Source: Phoronis australis
Taxonomy: Eukaryota; Animalia; Phoronida
Length of the DNA stretch: 52,968 nucleotides
NCBI GenBank assembly: GCA_002633005.1
Contig: NMRA01000112.1
Span: 893,202 to 946,169, forward strand
Direction: 5' to 3'
Position numbers and translations under genes: made by a program. This document shows, piece after piece, positions 24,382-36,655 of this stretch (position 1 is the first letter of the stretch; every line of letters begins with the position of its first letter). The notes under the pieces were generated by a model. The model was not told the origin of the DNA and did not search any database. It was given only the letters and a program-made list of their open reading frames with translations.

Positions 24382-24885
24382 AGATTCTCACCAGAAGAAA
24401 AAATACACAATTGACGTAAACAATTATGAGATTACTGACAATGCAGTTACAGATGTGATCGACTGTAATCACTTATAAGAGATCTAGTTTTATCATACAT
24501 AGTGGATGAAAAGGCCGTGTGCTATCACACATTGAAATACCTCAAAACTACAAATTAAGGTAAAAACATTGTTTTAAATTTACAAACACAAGCAACCTAA
24601 ACGATACCGCATTTGACCAATTAGTTATGAATGAGTTGTTGCTATGATAAACACGAAAATCATATCCTCTGTGTCTTAACCGTGTTGTCATTTAGTCAGT
24701 GTAAGCAAATAAAATCATTTATAGTTATAAAAAGCTTTATATTACGATAAATCATCAATTAATTCAATAAAATTATCCTAGTAATTCTCATCTTTAACAC
24801 GTCTTGTTTTGATAGTCTGGTGCCGGTCCGGTACTGCGGTATTACAAGTAGCAGAAGGGTATTTACCAGATAATTTGTCATTTAA

Positions 24886-26190
24886 AAGGGGCCTGAAGTA
24901 AAGTATAAAGGTTGGTTACTGGCATACACATATTCCTGAACAGTGCATAGTATTTTTCTTTTTTACTTTGAAAATTAAAAAATTATTAGTTCCATAACGC
25001 CCCACTGCGAGCGCTGTTTTTCGTGACGTCACTGAAGCTGTACAGCACAAAGAGATACATGTATAAAGGTCATTAGCCGTGCGAGTACGTAGTCTAGTCG
25101 AGAGATCAACACGTGCATGCTCACAATTTTTTTCAATTTTCTTTCCTGTGACGTTGATTCCTCGCGGGGCCTAGCCAGCCAGATAGCCGTGTATGAAGAC
25201 TATCTTCAAAATACAGCAAGGCACCAGTAGCATTGTGTGTTGAGCTCCGTTGGACTCCGAAGTTTCACATAGCGCGGACAGAGTTCTGCTCGTCACCTTG
25301 TCGCGAAATTTATATCAACGTGTAGAGCTACATGTATAAACCGGCAGGGGAGCGTGCTAATATTTGAGTGTCAAACGACTCTCACCTTGCCCGCTGGAGC
25401 CGTTTAAATGAAAACCAATCTAGTACACGTTATATCGGTATCTCATAATTATCGGGCTTTTGTGACGAAGAAAACAGTACGCACGTCGGTGCAAGGACCG
25501 TTGTATACATAACGTAGAATTGTCGTGAGGACTTGACAGGGACTCAGGGGTCTCACACTCCGCTGATTTATCCACATTATTTTGGAAACGCTTTGCCCAG
25601 TCACACATTGTGTGTCATAAAAGAGATAAGCATACCTGCAGCTGACGTGGCAAGTAGAGGTACTCTCGTTTGTCACATTGGTGTAGACTCGAAGTTGAAC
25701 AGTGGTTTTCTGTTGACCCCAGACCGTCCGGAGTTGCACCATATATCAACTCCGGAAAGTCTCTCACGACGATTCAGCGTTATGTTTAGTATATGCAGCT
25801 TGCACCAAGGCAAGGCTACGCAGTCGGGGGCTCATTCCTAGCTGCCGGGTGCCGAGAACGGCATTGTTCCACTAATAGTCAACACTACACGGCAGTAAAC
25901 TTGTATTATGATTTTTGAGAGCCGAGATCGCAGATGGATTAAACACTTTAAGCACAGTTCTGTGGTAACCGAGAGGCACTCAACCAATGAGCTACATGTA
26001 TACACTGAATAAGCTTAATTTATCTCATTTCCTTCACCCCCTGTACAGCCTTAGTGACGTCAGACGCCCGTTAGCCAATGGTAATTAAGATTAGTAAAAA
26101 TATTTTTTTACAAAAATGTGATTTATTATATAGACTTTATTCATAAATTAAATTACATCAAAATGCATGTTATTATACTTCAGGAACCTT
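24886..26190. mobile_element. Second Kolobok-like TTAA-flanked element
   Basis: TTAA at 24882-24885 and 26191-26194. TIR AAGGGGCCTGAAGTA / TACTTCAGGAACCTT (13 of 15 match). Subterminal inverted GTGACGTCACT motif near 25025 and 26055. Confidence 0.7.
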
Positions 26191-26897
26191 TTAATGTCAA
26201 GTTTGTTCCGTATAACGACTAGTTTATAATTGCTGCTATTTTTCATGCAATAAAAACATACTTTATCAGTTCAAATTTCTTCGCAATTCCGCAACGACAT
26301 ATAAACAGATTCTGCCGCTTAGCCCTCTGAAGCTCTGTGTAAATGCGCGTTAAAACTTAGTTCGCGCGATATGTATGACAGATACTTCACCTGAGTTTAA
26401 ATCGGCTTGCATGTCACGTATCGAGATATAATAACACATAGTTTTCATCGCGTGAGTTGTATAACATATATCTATCAAGAGGAATCTATCTGGACTCAAC
26501 AATCTGACTTCAAACGTGATGAGTGTTCACGAGTGTTTTAACGTTTTGCAGATGTTCCATTGTTTATAAGTGTTTTTAATACTGCGCATGCTCATATGTC
26601 ACGTCAGAGTAAGTGGAAATATAGGGTCGATATCGTTAAAGTAAAAGAAGGGCGTTGTTATTATTTTGTTAATCGTGTTTCATCGTAAATCGTTTTTAAT
26701 AATAAGAATTTAGTTGTGCACCATCGGCACAATGAGGGTGGTTACAAATTCAGCACGGCCTAGCAAAGAATTGTAGAAAGCGCAACACAACCTGTTGGGC
26801 ACTGAGGTACATGTATGCACCGGCTGCCATGTATGCGAAATCATTCTTTGAGGAAATATATACATGTTTGAATAAATAGCGAGTTTTGTAATTTCAG

Positions 26898-27376
26898 CTC
26901 ATACTCCTTTTGTCTTGCCTTCAGCTCCGCATAGCTTATTGAAAGCGGGATATTTGAAAAAGATACATGAATGGCTTCCTGGCAAGCACTTCCACTTAGA
27001 CTATAACTCTTCTGTGAAGGGAAGCTCTTTAGAGGACAGCTTCAAAGTAACAAACCCCAAACTACTAGTTGGAGTAGACGATAAAGACGGCAAGGTATTC
27101 GGTGTATATACCAAGAAGAACTTGTCTGAGGATATAGCAAGTGATCAGGATGCATTCATATTCCGTTTTGCCTCAGTGTGCAGCACAGATTACTGCCCAG
27201 GACAACGGTTTGTGGCACAAAGCAACTCAACCGAAACCAATGAGACTGCATCCAACTCATCGTCACTGCTTTTGGCAACGCTGATGCAATGTAAGAACGT
27301 TTCTGAATTTGGTATGCCTCAAAACATGAGCTGTTCCGGCCAATGGGCTGCTGGCGAAGCTTACCTAGTTGACTGA
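26898..27376 (+). CDS. Host gene terminal exon: TLDc-like domain
   Basis: TTTCAG acceptor in phase 1, open to TGA at 27374-27376. SLLK...KIHEWLPGKHFHLDYNSSVKGSS...KLLVGVDDKDGKVFGVYT...DQDAFIFRF follows the TLDc motif order (WLP; LLYxxSxDGxS; GxxFGxY; DxxxFLF). Linkage to the TSP1 exons is inferred from phase and proximity. Confidence 0.78.
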
Positions 27377-30152
27377 CGCGCTGTTTAAAAATGTATGTAA
27401 TTGCTTGTTGAAACAGTCGATTTCATAAAAGTGGTTTATCAAAACCAGGTTTAAGTCTCAAACCTCGTCTTTCAAAACCTGGTGTATTTTTGGCCTGGTT
27501 TTCATGGAATCTTGATCACATGGGTACAAATGACCAACAGTGATAGAATATAGTGCAGACTTTTACTGGTGAATATGTTATCAACAAATGAATAGAAAGA
27601 GGTCTGAAGATTTTCTCAGATGACGAAAATGTTTCCTCAAAGAATTGATTAGAGAAAAAACCAATACTGTAGATATCAAGAAAATTGGTACCAAATTAAT
27701 TCAACGTAAGCAAAAGACCTAGAGAGATACTGGTCTAGCCTGGACTGGCTGCACAATTCCTGCAATCCGAGAAATGCCCCCAATAAATACATGTACACCA
27801 CTTCACCCATCGAAAGTTCAAAACAGAGAATACGCACACAGACACAGGTGATGAAACATTGTATGTTGCCACTATCCAAAACGGGTAACGCCCATATAGA
27901 CAATTTTAGGGCTAAAATTGATGTGATTTTATGATATTTTCTGCCTCTTGCACTTTTTAAAGCGAATTATGTCTTATTCATACGTACATGTAATTCTTCT
28001 GAATTGAGGGTTCCATACTATATTAAACGGAGTCGAATCAAAATTTAACATTTCCTTTTGAAGGAAAAGCTGTATCACGCAAACGGTGTCGTCTGCAGTA
28101 CAAAAGAAAAAAACAATCAAAATCGAACGGCGCAAAGAAAATGTCAATCGCTAAATTTGGTCAACTTGAAACAGATTTTGACACTTGTTGATCTCCAATA
28201 AGAGACAAAATGTCATCTCGTAAAAGTACTGGGCACATAGGATTCAAACATTCGAGGAACTTCAGAATTACATCCACCAAAGTGATTAGCAATTTCTGAC
28301 AGCACCTACGGCTGGTGCTACATGTACATTGACACAGACTTTCTTAAAACTTTGTGAGAGCTTGGTCTACCCCTAGATATGCACTAAAACAGTTTTGGTT
28401 ATTCTGACACAAACCTAGTTTTCATTTTATGCTGATCTTGGCAAAACGTTTTTTTGACAATTATTTCAGTAAAAAGCTGCCAAATTTGAAAGACAGCTGA
28501 GAGATTATACAAATAATGAATAACTATAATTTTTATCTGAATGTAACTGACCTTAAAGTCCAGAAACACGTTTGATATTTAAGATCAACATTTCAGTACT
28601 ACTTAAAAGTAGTGGATTTTCATCAATTCAAAATTGCGAAGTTTTCAACGTACTGATTTAGAACAGTTTCAATGAGAAAGTGAAGACAATTATATTTTGG
28701 CTACAGAAGGTTGTGCTCTTACCAAAAGAGGTCATTAGTAAGCGGAAATGTTTGCAAGTTTCAAGTAAATTTTTCAGGGAAGTTAAAAGTAGACTGAAAG
28801 GTGCATTACGGTCGTTGGTGTCGTTTGAGATGGGTACGAATTGACTGGTTAAGTTTCAGTAAATTCTGCGGCGGGTCATGTAGAATATTTTTAGGTCATA
28901 GGTGCTCTTAGAAATTGCTACTTAAACTTTTTTTCAACACATTCAAAAGAACCTGCGTGGCAAAGAAAGCAAGCTGGGAGAACTTTGGGTAGGAACAATT
29001 TGTTTTGGAATTTTCGAGAGTTAGCCATGAAGAGAATGATACATGTACAGTACGTTGACACTCTCATCTATGGAGTTAGAGCAACTCGACCGGTTCACTA
29101 ATTAAACTCCACCGTTGTATTCAAACAGACCTTCCAGTGTCTGCTGCTGATTATGTTGGGCAATCAGGCGCGAAACTGACCATCATGTAATCAACGAGGG
29201 AGACAATAGTATTTTTCAAATTTTCATTTTGATTTTTTTTTGATAGCATATTCCAACTCTTCCAGGAGTTGAAAATTGAGGAAAGTCGAGAATCATCGAA
29301 CAAATCCGGGCATTGTGGTCCTTATTACAAATGATAACATTATGGACTTAATGAAGTTCACAGACAGCTTGACTAACAGACTTCGTCACCCCCACTTAAT
29401 TGATATACTTCGGTTTGATTGACGGATCTAGGATGTCACAAGGGGCAGCAATAAATTAGGAAACGGTGTCTGTGCATTGCTCTATTAACGGCATCCCCAT
29501 GGGATTTTTTAGTAGTTATTTAATTTGCTATTAAGCGGTGAGTGTACATGTATTCCCTTTCTCAACATTTTTGTACTCTAAATGTTGCTACTACGAGAAA
29601 TAGATCGCTGTAGTAAAAATTAACATACAATTCTTATCTAAAAAGTCACACTGATTCAATGGAAACCCAACTTGACTTGATGGTCGAATTTCAATTTTCC
29701 ATGCATTGTAACAGAACGTGCGAGATTTATGTGACTGTGCACGATCTAAAGTACATGTAAGTGTTTTAAAGTCTTGAATCATGGTTGTTCAAATCCCACA
29801 CAATTGCCTCCATTGTAGCACAGGTGTCAGTCAGAGCCCGAGGTTCATGCATTCACATATGTTACTTTTAGCAACTTAAATAAGAGCAACGCGGACCGTT
29901 GAAATGCGCCCACTACTGCACCTCAAATGTTTTACTTCTAGGGAGTATCATGATAATGGCCATTAGATGACTCCGACGACCTTGAACCCATTCAAAATGG
30001 AAAAATTCGACGTTTCTCAAATTAGTAGCAAAATATTTATGAAAATTCGCTAATAAATGTAAGTCCAAAGATACAAAAGCAAACGTGAACAAAAATTGCC
30101 ATTAGGAACCACACCAGTAGTCGAATCCATCCACATGTTGTCGATAGGAATA

Positions 30153-31541
30153 CAGTTCATCTTGCTCCCGAAGCTTATGTGGCCACTGTTAATCTACGAC
30201 GGCACGTCCTCTTCAGCTGAGGAAATGGAAAGAGCAGCGAGCCGCTTCATTCGAAGGTGGCTTGGTCTACCTGCATCATTCACCAACGTCGGGCTGTACT
30301 ACAAGTCATCGAAACTTGTTGCGAGCCAGCATCACTCTGCAGAATACATCTGACCAGGCCATCAGTGGTTGCATCACCCAGTCACGTACCGGCAGTATGT
30401 GGTCCACCACGTCGGCAATCAGCGAAGCAGAAAGCCGGCTGAAACACAAGCAATTAATTGGAACTTCTTGCCAGGGTAGGCAAGGACTGGGCTAGAAGAC
30501 CGGGAATCCAGCAAGGAAGAGACTTAAAAACCCAGACAGAGACAGAATAATCAGAGAAGTTAGATTGTCAGAGAACGAAGGAAGGCATGCCCGAGCAGTT
30601 CAGATGGGTCAGCAGGGGGCGTGGACGAAGTGGGACAAAGTCTTGCAAAGGGAAGTAAAGTGGGCGGATTTGTGGAAGATTTCACCTTTGAAAGCAAAGT
30701 TTCTCATCAGATCTGTTTATGATATACTGCCTACTCCCAGCAACCTTGCTATTTGGGGTCTTACTGACAACCCGAGCTGTATTCAGTGTGGACGCAGTTG
30801 TTCTTTAGAACACATTCTGTCATCTTGCATCGCGTCTTTGGCAACAGGAAGTTACACCTACCGACATAACCAGGTACTGAAAGTTTTCGCAAGGGTGTTG
30901 GTGGACGAAGTCGAGAAGCCACCAGAACAAGTGGCGACGAGGCAAGTAAGGGGAAGACACCAACACAAAAAGGCATCCTTCATACAACCAACGACTGGAA
31001 ATTGTGGGTTGATCTTGCCGGTCACCAGTCATCCTTCCCACAGCACATTGTCCAGACTACACAGCGCCCTGACTTAGTTCTTTATTCGGACAGTTCCCAC
31101 CAGATCATCCTGATCGAGCTCACAATTCCATGGGAGAGTAGGGTAGAAAAAGCACATAAGCGGAAGAACATGAAATATACTGATCAGAGGAGTGACTGCC
31201 ACGTTAACGGGTGGAGGTGTTGGAGTTTTTCTGTGGAGGTTGGTTGCCGTGGTTTTCCGGCCAGCTCAGTTAATGCTATGGCAAGGTCTCTGGGCGTCTC
31301 TGCGAGAGGAAAGAAGGTTCCTCTACGCGATGTGGCCACCGAAGCTGAACAGGCATCTTGTTGGATTTGAATGAAGCACCAACAGCAATACCATCAACAA
31401 CCTTCAGGCAGAGCCTGATCAACTCTGTTGTCCCGCCTACTAGAGATGGTCTTGGTTTAGGGACGAAACCATTAAGGACAGTAGGAGACCAACTGAAGAT
31501 GACGGTTGAGCACAGTTCCATCAAGTGTTTAAAGTAAGTTC
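30153..31541 (+). mobile_element. 5'-truncated RLE non-LTR retrotransposon (HERO/NeSL-like), copy A
   Basis: CCHC knuckle CIQCGRSCSLEHILSSC and restriction-like endonuclease RPDLVL...IELTIPWE...KRKNMKY...VEVGCRGF. Stops and internal deletions present. Aligns to 33762-35212. Confidence 0.93.
31415..31515 (+). ncRNA. Candidate hammerhead-like ribozyme with non-canonical pseudoknotted topology in the retrotransposon 3' UTR
   Basis: AUGG-UC (31446-31451) pairs with GAAA-CCAU (31465-31472). UUGGUUU (31452-31458) pairs with AGACCAA (31486-31492), which directly precedes CUGAAGA (31493-31499). Further helices GUCCC/GGGAC, CCUACU/AGUAGG and UCAAC/GUUGA. Activity is untested. Confidence 0.55.
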
Positions 31542-34500
31542 TTGTTATCGGCAAAGCCGTGACTTCAATGAATAGGATGGATGACACTTGGAAAGACAAG
31601 AGATATCGGGAGAGACTGATGACAGCATCGGGTTCAGCTCGGATTACATGTAGCTGTCCGTCTGAAGTGTTCGCGAGGACACACCCATTCATATTGCTAC
31701 GTCCAAATTATCAGAAAGATAACCCCAGAACTCCCCGAGAGGGAGGATGCAAGAAGAGTCCAACGACAGACCTCAAACGGCAACGACCGGACCGAATAGG
31801 TCTGCGATTACGAACAGCGATTTAGCATTAAGAACCCGTGTGTGTGGAAAGATTCTGAAGAATGTAAGAGGGTTGAATATCCACCAAGGAAAGATGAAGT
31901 GCTTACGTCAGGTTGCAAGGCAACGCTTGGGCGCCACGTCCAGTGAGACGGGGGAGGGATTAAGCCAGGTCTCAAACCACAGTGCAGAAGACCTCCCAGC
32001 TACGCAACAGCTGGAAGCATTAGTAGTAGAATCTGAAGTATTTCAGAATCCAGTTCCAGCCAATTCAGCAGGTCCACCAGATACTGCAAAGAAGGATCGA
32101 ATCAAGTGGCCATCAGCAGCTGATAAGAAGGCGTGGTCAGCCTTAGACGATGATCTGGATAGCATCTTACGTGTCACTCTTCGAGGTCTAGGAGAGACAA
32201 AGATTGAGGCTATGACTCGGATCGTTTACCAAGTCAGTGTGGACCGCTTTGGAACAGTAGAGAAAAGAAAGGAAACATCAAACCCATGAGGACCAAACAG
32301 ACGACAACGGGAAATACATGTAGCGACTATCTGCAGAGAGCTTAGAGAACTCTGTCGCCTGTGGAAGAGTGCAGCTGAGCACGTAAAAGCAGGAATTACT
32401 CACCTGACATCTGAGGTTCGCAAGCGACTATTGTCCCTCCGCAAAGCAGAACGAGGTGCACAAAATAGGAAAAAACGGTCAAGGCAGAGGGAGAAATTCA
32501 TTAGGCACCCCTATCAGTATGCTTCAAGGCTTTTAGGCATGAGCAAAAGCGGAGCACTTACCTGAACCAGGGCAGACTTAGAGGATCACCTTGCCAAAAT
32601 TCACAGCGACGAGTTGAAAGATACTCCCCTTGGCGACTTTCCAGGTCTAGAGGCTGAAGATTTACCAAACGAAGGTTTTGATCTGGGGGACATTAAGAAG
32701 TCAGAAGTGGATAGCACTGTGAAGAAAGCCCGATCGGGGTCAGCCCCTGGTCCAAGTAGAATTTCCTACAAGGTCTATAAGATGTGTCCCAAGTTGAGAG
32801 AAAGACTCTGGAAGCTCTTTAAGATTCTCTGGAGGAAGAGCGTAGTTCCAGCACAGTGGGGGCGAGCTGAAGGATTTTATGTTCCGAAAGAAGAAGGCTC
32901 GAAGCAGATTAGCCAGTTTCGACCAATTTCACTGCTCAGCGTGGAGGGAAAGATCTACTTAGCAATCCTATCCGGAAGAATGACAGATTTCATGATCAAG
33001 AACAAGTATATTGACACATCTTCACAGAAAGGGGCGGGCTACCAGGCTTTTGTGGATGTCTGGAACATAATTCTATCATAAGTGAACGCATACACCGAGC
33101 GAAGAAGGGCAAGAAAAAGAATCTGCCTTTGGTGTGGCTCGACATGGCAAATGCGTACTGTTCGGTACACATGTGTTAGTTCATCGTGCCATGGACATCT
33201 ACCACATTCCTAAGAAATTCAAGAGTATAGTGAAGTCATACTATAGCTCGTGTGTTATGCGTTTCACGGTCGGAAGCTTCACTACGAAGTGGCAAAACCT
33301 TGAAAAAGAAATTATGACGGGCTGCACCATTTCAGTCATCCTGTTTATCTTGGCAATGAATGTCCTGCAGAAGAGAGCCCAATCTGAGCGGAGAGGTCCC
33401 AAGCCAGATGAAGGCAGACAGCCGTCAGGTAGAGCTTTTGTTGACGACATTACAATTGTGACAGAGTCACCAGTGGGTGCCAGAACAATTCTCCGTTGCC
33501 TAGAATAGCTCAATAAATGGGCCCGTATGTCATTCAAGGCAAAGAAGTCCAGATTACTAATTATCAACAGAGGCGTGTTGCTCAAGAGACAGACGTTTTC
33601 GATAGCAGGTTGCAGAGTTCCAACAATAAGTGAACAACCAGTCGAGTACTTTGGCAAGTACTAAGATAGCAGCCTACGAGACACATCCCGTGTCAAGAAT
33701 GTGAAAGCCTAGGTATAGCTTGAGAACACGGCATACCCGTAAGATTCAAGCTTTGGTACTACCAGTTCCTCTTGCTCCCGAAGCTTATGTGGCCACTGTT
33801 AATCTAAGACGTCACGTCCTCTCCAGCTGAGGAAATGGAAAGAACAGCGAGCCGGTTCATTCGAAGGTGGCTTGGTCTACCTGCATCATCTAGCAACGTC
33901 GGGCTGCACTGCAAGTCATCGAAACTTGTTCTACCGGTCTCATCTGTGGTGGAAGAATACAAAGTTACCAAAGTGCGAGCCAGTATCACTCTGCAGAATA
34001 CATGTGACCAGGCCATCAGTGGTTGCATCACCCAGTCACGTACCCGCAGTAAGTGGTCCACCACGTCGGCAATCAGCGAAGCAGAAAGCCGGCTGAGGCA
34101 CAAGCAATTAAAGGAACTGCTTGCCAGGGTAGGCAAGGACTGGGCTAGAAGACCGGGAATCCAGCAAGGAAGAGACTTAAAAACCCAGACAGAGACAGAA
34201 TAATCAGAGAAGTTAGATTATCAGAGAACGAAGGAAGGTATGCCCGAGCAGTTCAGATGGGTGAGCAGGGGGTGTGGACGAAGTGGGACAAAGTCTTGCA
34301 AAGGGAAATAATGTGGGCGGATTTGTGGAAGATGTCGCCTTTGAAAGCAAATTTTCTCATCAGATCTGTTTATGATGTACTGCCTACTCCCAGCAACCTT
34401 GCTATTTGGGGTCTTACTAAAAACCCGTGCTGTATTCAGTGTGGACGCAGATGTTATTTAGAACACATTCTGTCATCTTGCAGCGCGTCTTTGGAATCAG

Positions 34501-35212
34501 GAAAGTAAACCTACCGACACAACCATGTACTGAAAGTTTTCGCAAGGGTGTTGGACGACGAAGTCAAGAGTAAACCAAAGTCGAGAAGCCACCGGATCGA
34601 ATTTATCAGTTTCAGAAGAAGTGGCGACGAGGCAAGTAAGGGGAAGACACCAGCGCAAAAAGGCATCCTTCACACAGCCAACGACCGGAAATTGTGGGTT
34701 GATCTTGCCGGTCACCAGTCATCCTTCCCACAGCACATTGTCCAGACTACCCAGCGCCTTGACTTGGTTCTTTATTCGGACAGTTCCCACAAGATCATCA
34801 TGATCGTGCTCACCAGGTAGGGTAGAAGAGGCACGAGCGGAAGAACCTGAAATATACTGATCTGAGGACTGACTGCCACGTTAACGGGTGGAGGTGTTGG
34901 AGTTTGTCTGTGGAGGTTGGTTGCCGTGGTTTTCCGGCCAGCTCGGTTACTGCTATTGCAAGGTCTCTGGGCGTCTCTGCGACAGGAAAGAAGGTTGTTG
35001 AACGTGATGTGACCACCGAAGCTGAACAGGCATCTTGTTGGATTTGGAAGAAGCACCAACAACAATACCATCAACAACCGTCAGGCAGAGCCTGATCAAC
35101 TCTGTTGTCCCGCCTACTAGAGATGGTTTAGGGACGAAACCATTAAGGACAGTAAGATACCAACTGAAGATGACGGTTGAGCACAGTTCCATCAAATATT
35201 TAAAGTAAGTTC
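31542..35212 (+). mobile_element. Near full-length but inactivated RLE non-LTR retrotransposon (HERO/NeSL-like), copy B
   Basis: N-terminal zinc-finger remnant CGKILKNVRGLNIHQGKMKC. RT motifs SAPGP, QFRPISLL, WLDMANAY, MTGCTISVILF, AFVDD. CCHC knuckle and RLE domain. Multiple stops and frameshifts; ancestral stop at 35093-35095. Confidence 0.95.
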
Positions 35213-36655
35213 AGTGGCAAAATTTCGAAAACATCTTGCAGGGGTTTAGAACATACAGACATAAATGCAAAAATGTTATCTACCACAGTAGTTGGACCCG
35301 TTTAGAAATTCACGTCGGTCTTGTTCTTGTCACTAGAAACACAATTGCCAATTTTCGTAATCCTAGCCGTGGTTTCGCAGATACAGAAACAAACAAAAAT
35401 TCAGACTAGAAAATGATTAAAATGGCCATTTATTGGTGTAGAATACGTCAAATCCATCACAAAAAAGAAAGCTGTTGTCGTTTTCATTGGAAAAATTTGC
35501 CCATTTCCATGAAAAAGCATCAAAGAACTCTGAAGTTACAGATGACAACGTAGAAAAATATAATATCCACTAGGGAGCACTGCTGTTGCTGGAATAATCT
35601 GAGACTGGCAGTCATCTATTGGAAACTCCATGGGAACACATCTGCTGCATTTCAAATACAGTAGATCTTGCAAAGGGCAAAGGAGATACAAAAATTAAAA
35701 TTTCGACTGGGGCAGAGTATTTGAACAAGTCCGAAAAACAACGTCATCTTCGGTCTGCTGATCAGGAACGCATCTCCAAATCTTAATAATAACCTCCAAG
35801 CAGTTTAAAATGGCACTAATATGCGCAGAATACGTCAAACTAGCGCGAAAATGAAAAATCATCTTCTTAATAGAATGTTATTTGCAAAATCTCATGATCA
35901 TAAAAACAGCCGCGAATCAATCCAAAAAGCGGGAACCTGTCGCCACTGTACTAGAAACCTAATTGGCAAGGAGATTCAAAGATACAGAGGACAACGAAAA
36001 AATGCCACTAGGGAGTGGGGGAGGGAGCGCAGCGGTAGTCATATCCGTCCAAATGACGTCATTGTCCGACAGAGGTCAACCTGATAACTAAAATTGCCTT
36101 GCCACAAGGGAAGCAAGTCTGATCCGTCAAAAGGTCGTCGTGGTCCGTTGTACACTGGCTAACTTTATCCTCCAGAGCGTTTAGGAGATGCAGTCGAGAT
36201 ACAGCCGTGGGCGCAAAAAACATACAAAACTACCACTAGGAGGCGCCACAGTACTCGAAGTCATAGAAAAATCATGGTCAGCCGTCCTCTCCTCTTCACT
36301 GGAAGAGCATATAAATGTACATGTATGCCAACTGTTTACTTATCACCCTTAGATTGGTTTCGTTGATAGCGGGAAAGACGCCAAGAACAAACTCAACAAC
36401 AGTAAGGATGGCACTATGTGGTGTAAAATACCTCAATCAATCTGAAAACGAGAAGATATCGTCAGTTCACTAACTGATGCCTATCTGCCAATTTTTATGA
36501 AAATCCGTTGAGGACCTCCGAAGGTAGAGAGGAAAACGTCAACAACTAAAATTGCCACTGGGGGGGGCACACCGGTTGTAGGATCTGTCCTAAAATTCGC
36601 TCACGCGCCCTATTCATAAAAACAACGTATCTGCAAAATTTGATGACCATGCATG

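Noticed and set aside
31585-31625. Second hammerhead from GAAAGACAAG and CTGATGA in the 5' UTR
   Set aside because: Stem III needs a bulge at the cleavage triplet, and stems I and II could not be assigned.
30761-35195. Antisense ORFs over the retrotransposon copies
   Set aside because: They are shadows of the sense-strand RT/RLE coding sequence, with no independent motifs.
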